This document shows positions 63,399 through 64,000 of a DNA stretch of 64,000 nt, piece after piece. The notes under the pieces were generated by a model, which saw only the letters and a program-made list of their open reading frames with translations, was not told the origin of the DNA and ran no database searches. The stretch is from Trypanosoma brucei (lineage: Eukaryota). The first letter of the stretch is position 1. The number at the start of each line of letters is the position of its first letter. Location: the NCBI GenBank assembly GCA_000002445.1, contig AL929603.2, positions 1 to 64,000 on the forward strand, in the 5' to 3' direction. The translations under genes were made by a program, and so were the position numbers.

Positions 63399-64000
63399 AA
63401 AATAATTCACATAATCTCATACATATGTTACGATGGGCATTGCATGCAGTACAATTTAAAGGAAGTGAAACTCATATAACATTTTCAAAAAAAAGGTATT
63501 GAATGGTTGTTTGCTACCATCAATTACATTTCCAATGCCTAATTACACTTTTATATGCATGAAGGAAGTTACTGATCATAACTTTGACATGCTCGAGAAT
63601 CCATAACACAAAGCGACTGCTGCATGCAATAAAAAATATAAATATAAATAACATCCGAATTCATTTACTGACAGATGAGTGCAATTCATTCATCCAAACT
63701 TCATAGCTGCAGAAATAAACTCGTTGCTTCCAATAGGAAATGATCGCGCATAAATATTGAGTATCTGAAAATGATAGCAACGGGTTTCCATTTTTGAAAT
63801 ATATACATAAACTACATGAGGTATATGAAGCCATATTTGTAAAGTGTCACTACGCATGTTGCAATTTACTATCAGAAGTGTCTTCCTTATTTTATTTCTT
63901 GTGTTACTGTAACTCATGAGTATTATTCATTATTCTTTACAACTGTAAGTCATTTTGCATTTTTACATATTTTCTTATTCCCTCATACTGGAAGTATTCC
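63399..64000. repeat. ~0.6-kb AT-rich dispersed element, copy 2 (runs to the window edge)
   Basis: Matches 53625-54245 along its full visible length. Confidence 0.8.

Overview
This window is a trypanosome (Trypanosoma brucei-group) chromosome end. It carries a compact telomeric VSG expression-site-like locus and an upstream RHS gene cluster. All large genes lie on the minus strand, so they are transcribed toward the telomere, which is at coordinate 1.

The elements I can support, in order:
- Telomeric (CCCTAA)n hexamers (1-93) grade into degenerate telomere-derived repeats (to ~235).
- An intact 526-aa VSG gene (381-1961, minus) has a signal peptide, a Cys-rich C-terminal domain, a hydrophobic GPI-anchor signal, and the conserved VSG 3'UTR 16-mer TGATATATTTTAACAC.
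- A ~1.5-kb co-transposed-region-like spacer (1962-3464) follows.
- A ~2.9-kb array of 70-bp repeats (3465-6335) contains a 100-N assembly gap.
- Only ~6.8 kb separate this array from the 50-bp repeats. That interval holds frameshifted ESAG-family remnants (an ESAG8-like LRR fragment and an ESAG1/2/3-like pseudogene with a signal peptide) and an unassigned CA-rich block.
- A ~27-kb array of 50-bp repeats (13141-40153, ~540 units) is the hallmark upstream boundary of bloodstream VSG expression sites. It shows clear sub-family structure.
- Upstream of the 50-bp array is an RHS (retrotransposon hot spot) cluster with three copies. One is 856 aa and apparently full length, one is 685 aa with a different N-terminus, and one is a frameshifted, truncated pseudogene.
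- The RHS cluster is built as a ~5.5-6 kb segmental duplication. Each copy also carries a degenerate pseudogene of an RNA polymerase second-largest subunit with a Pol I-like GYD[IM]EDA motif.

I could not recognise an expression-site promoter. The expected interval is 12.0-13.1 kb.
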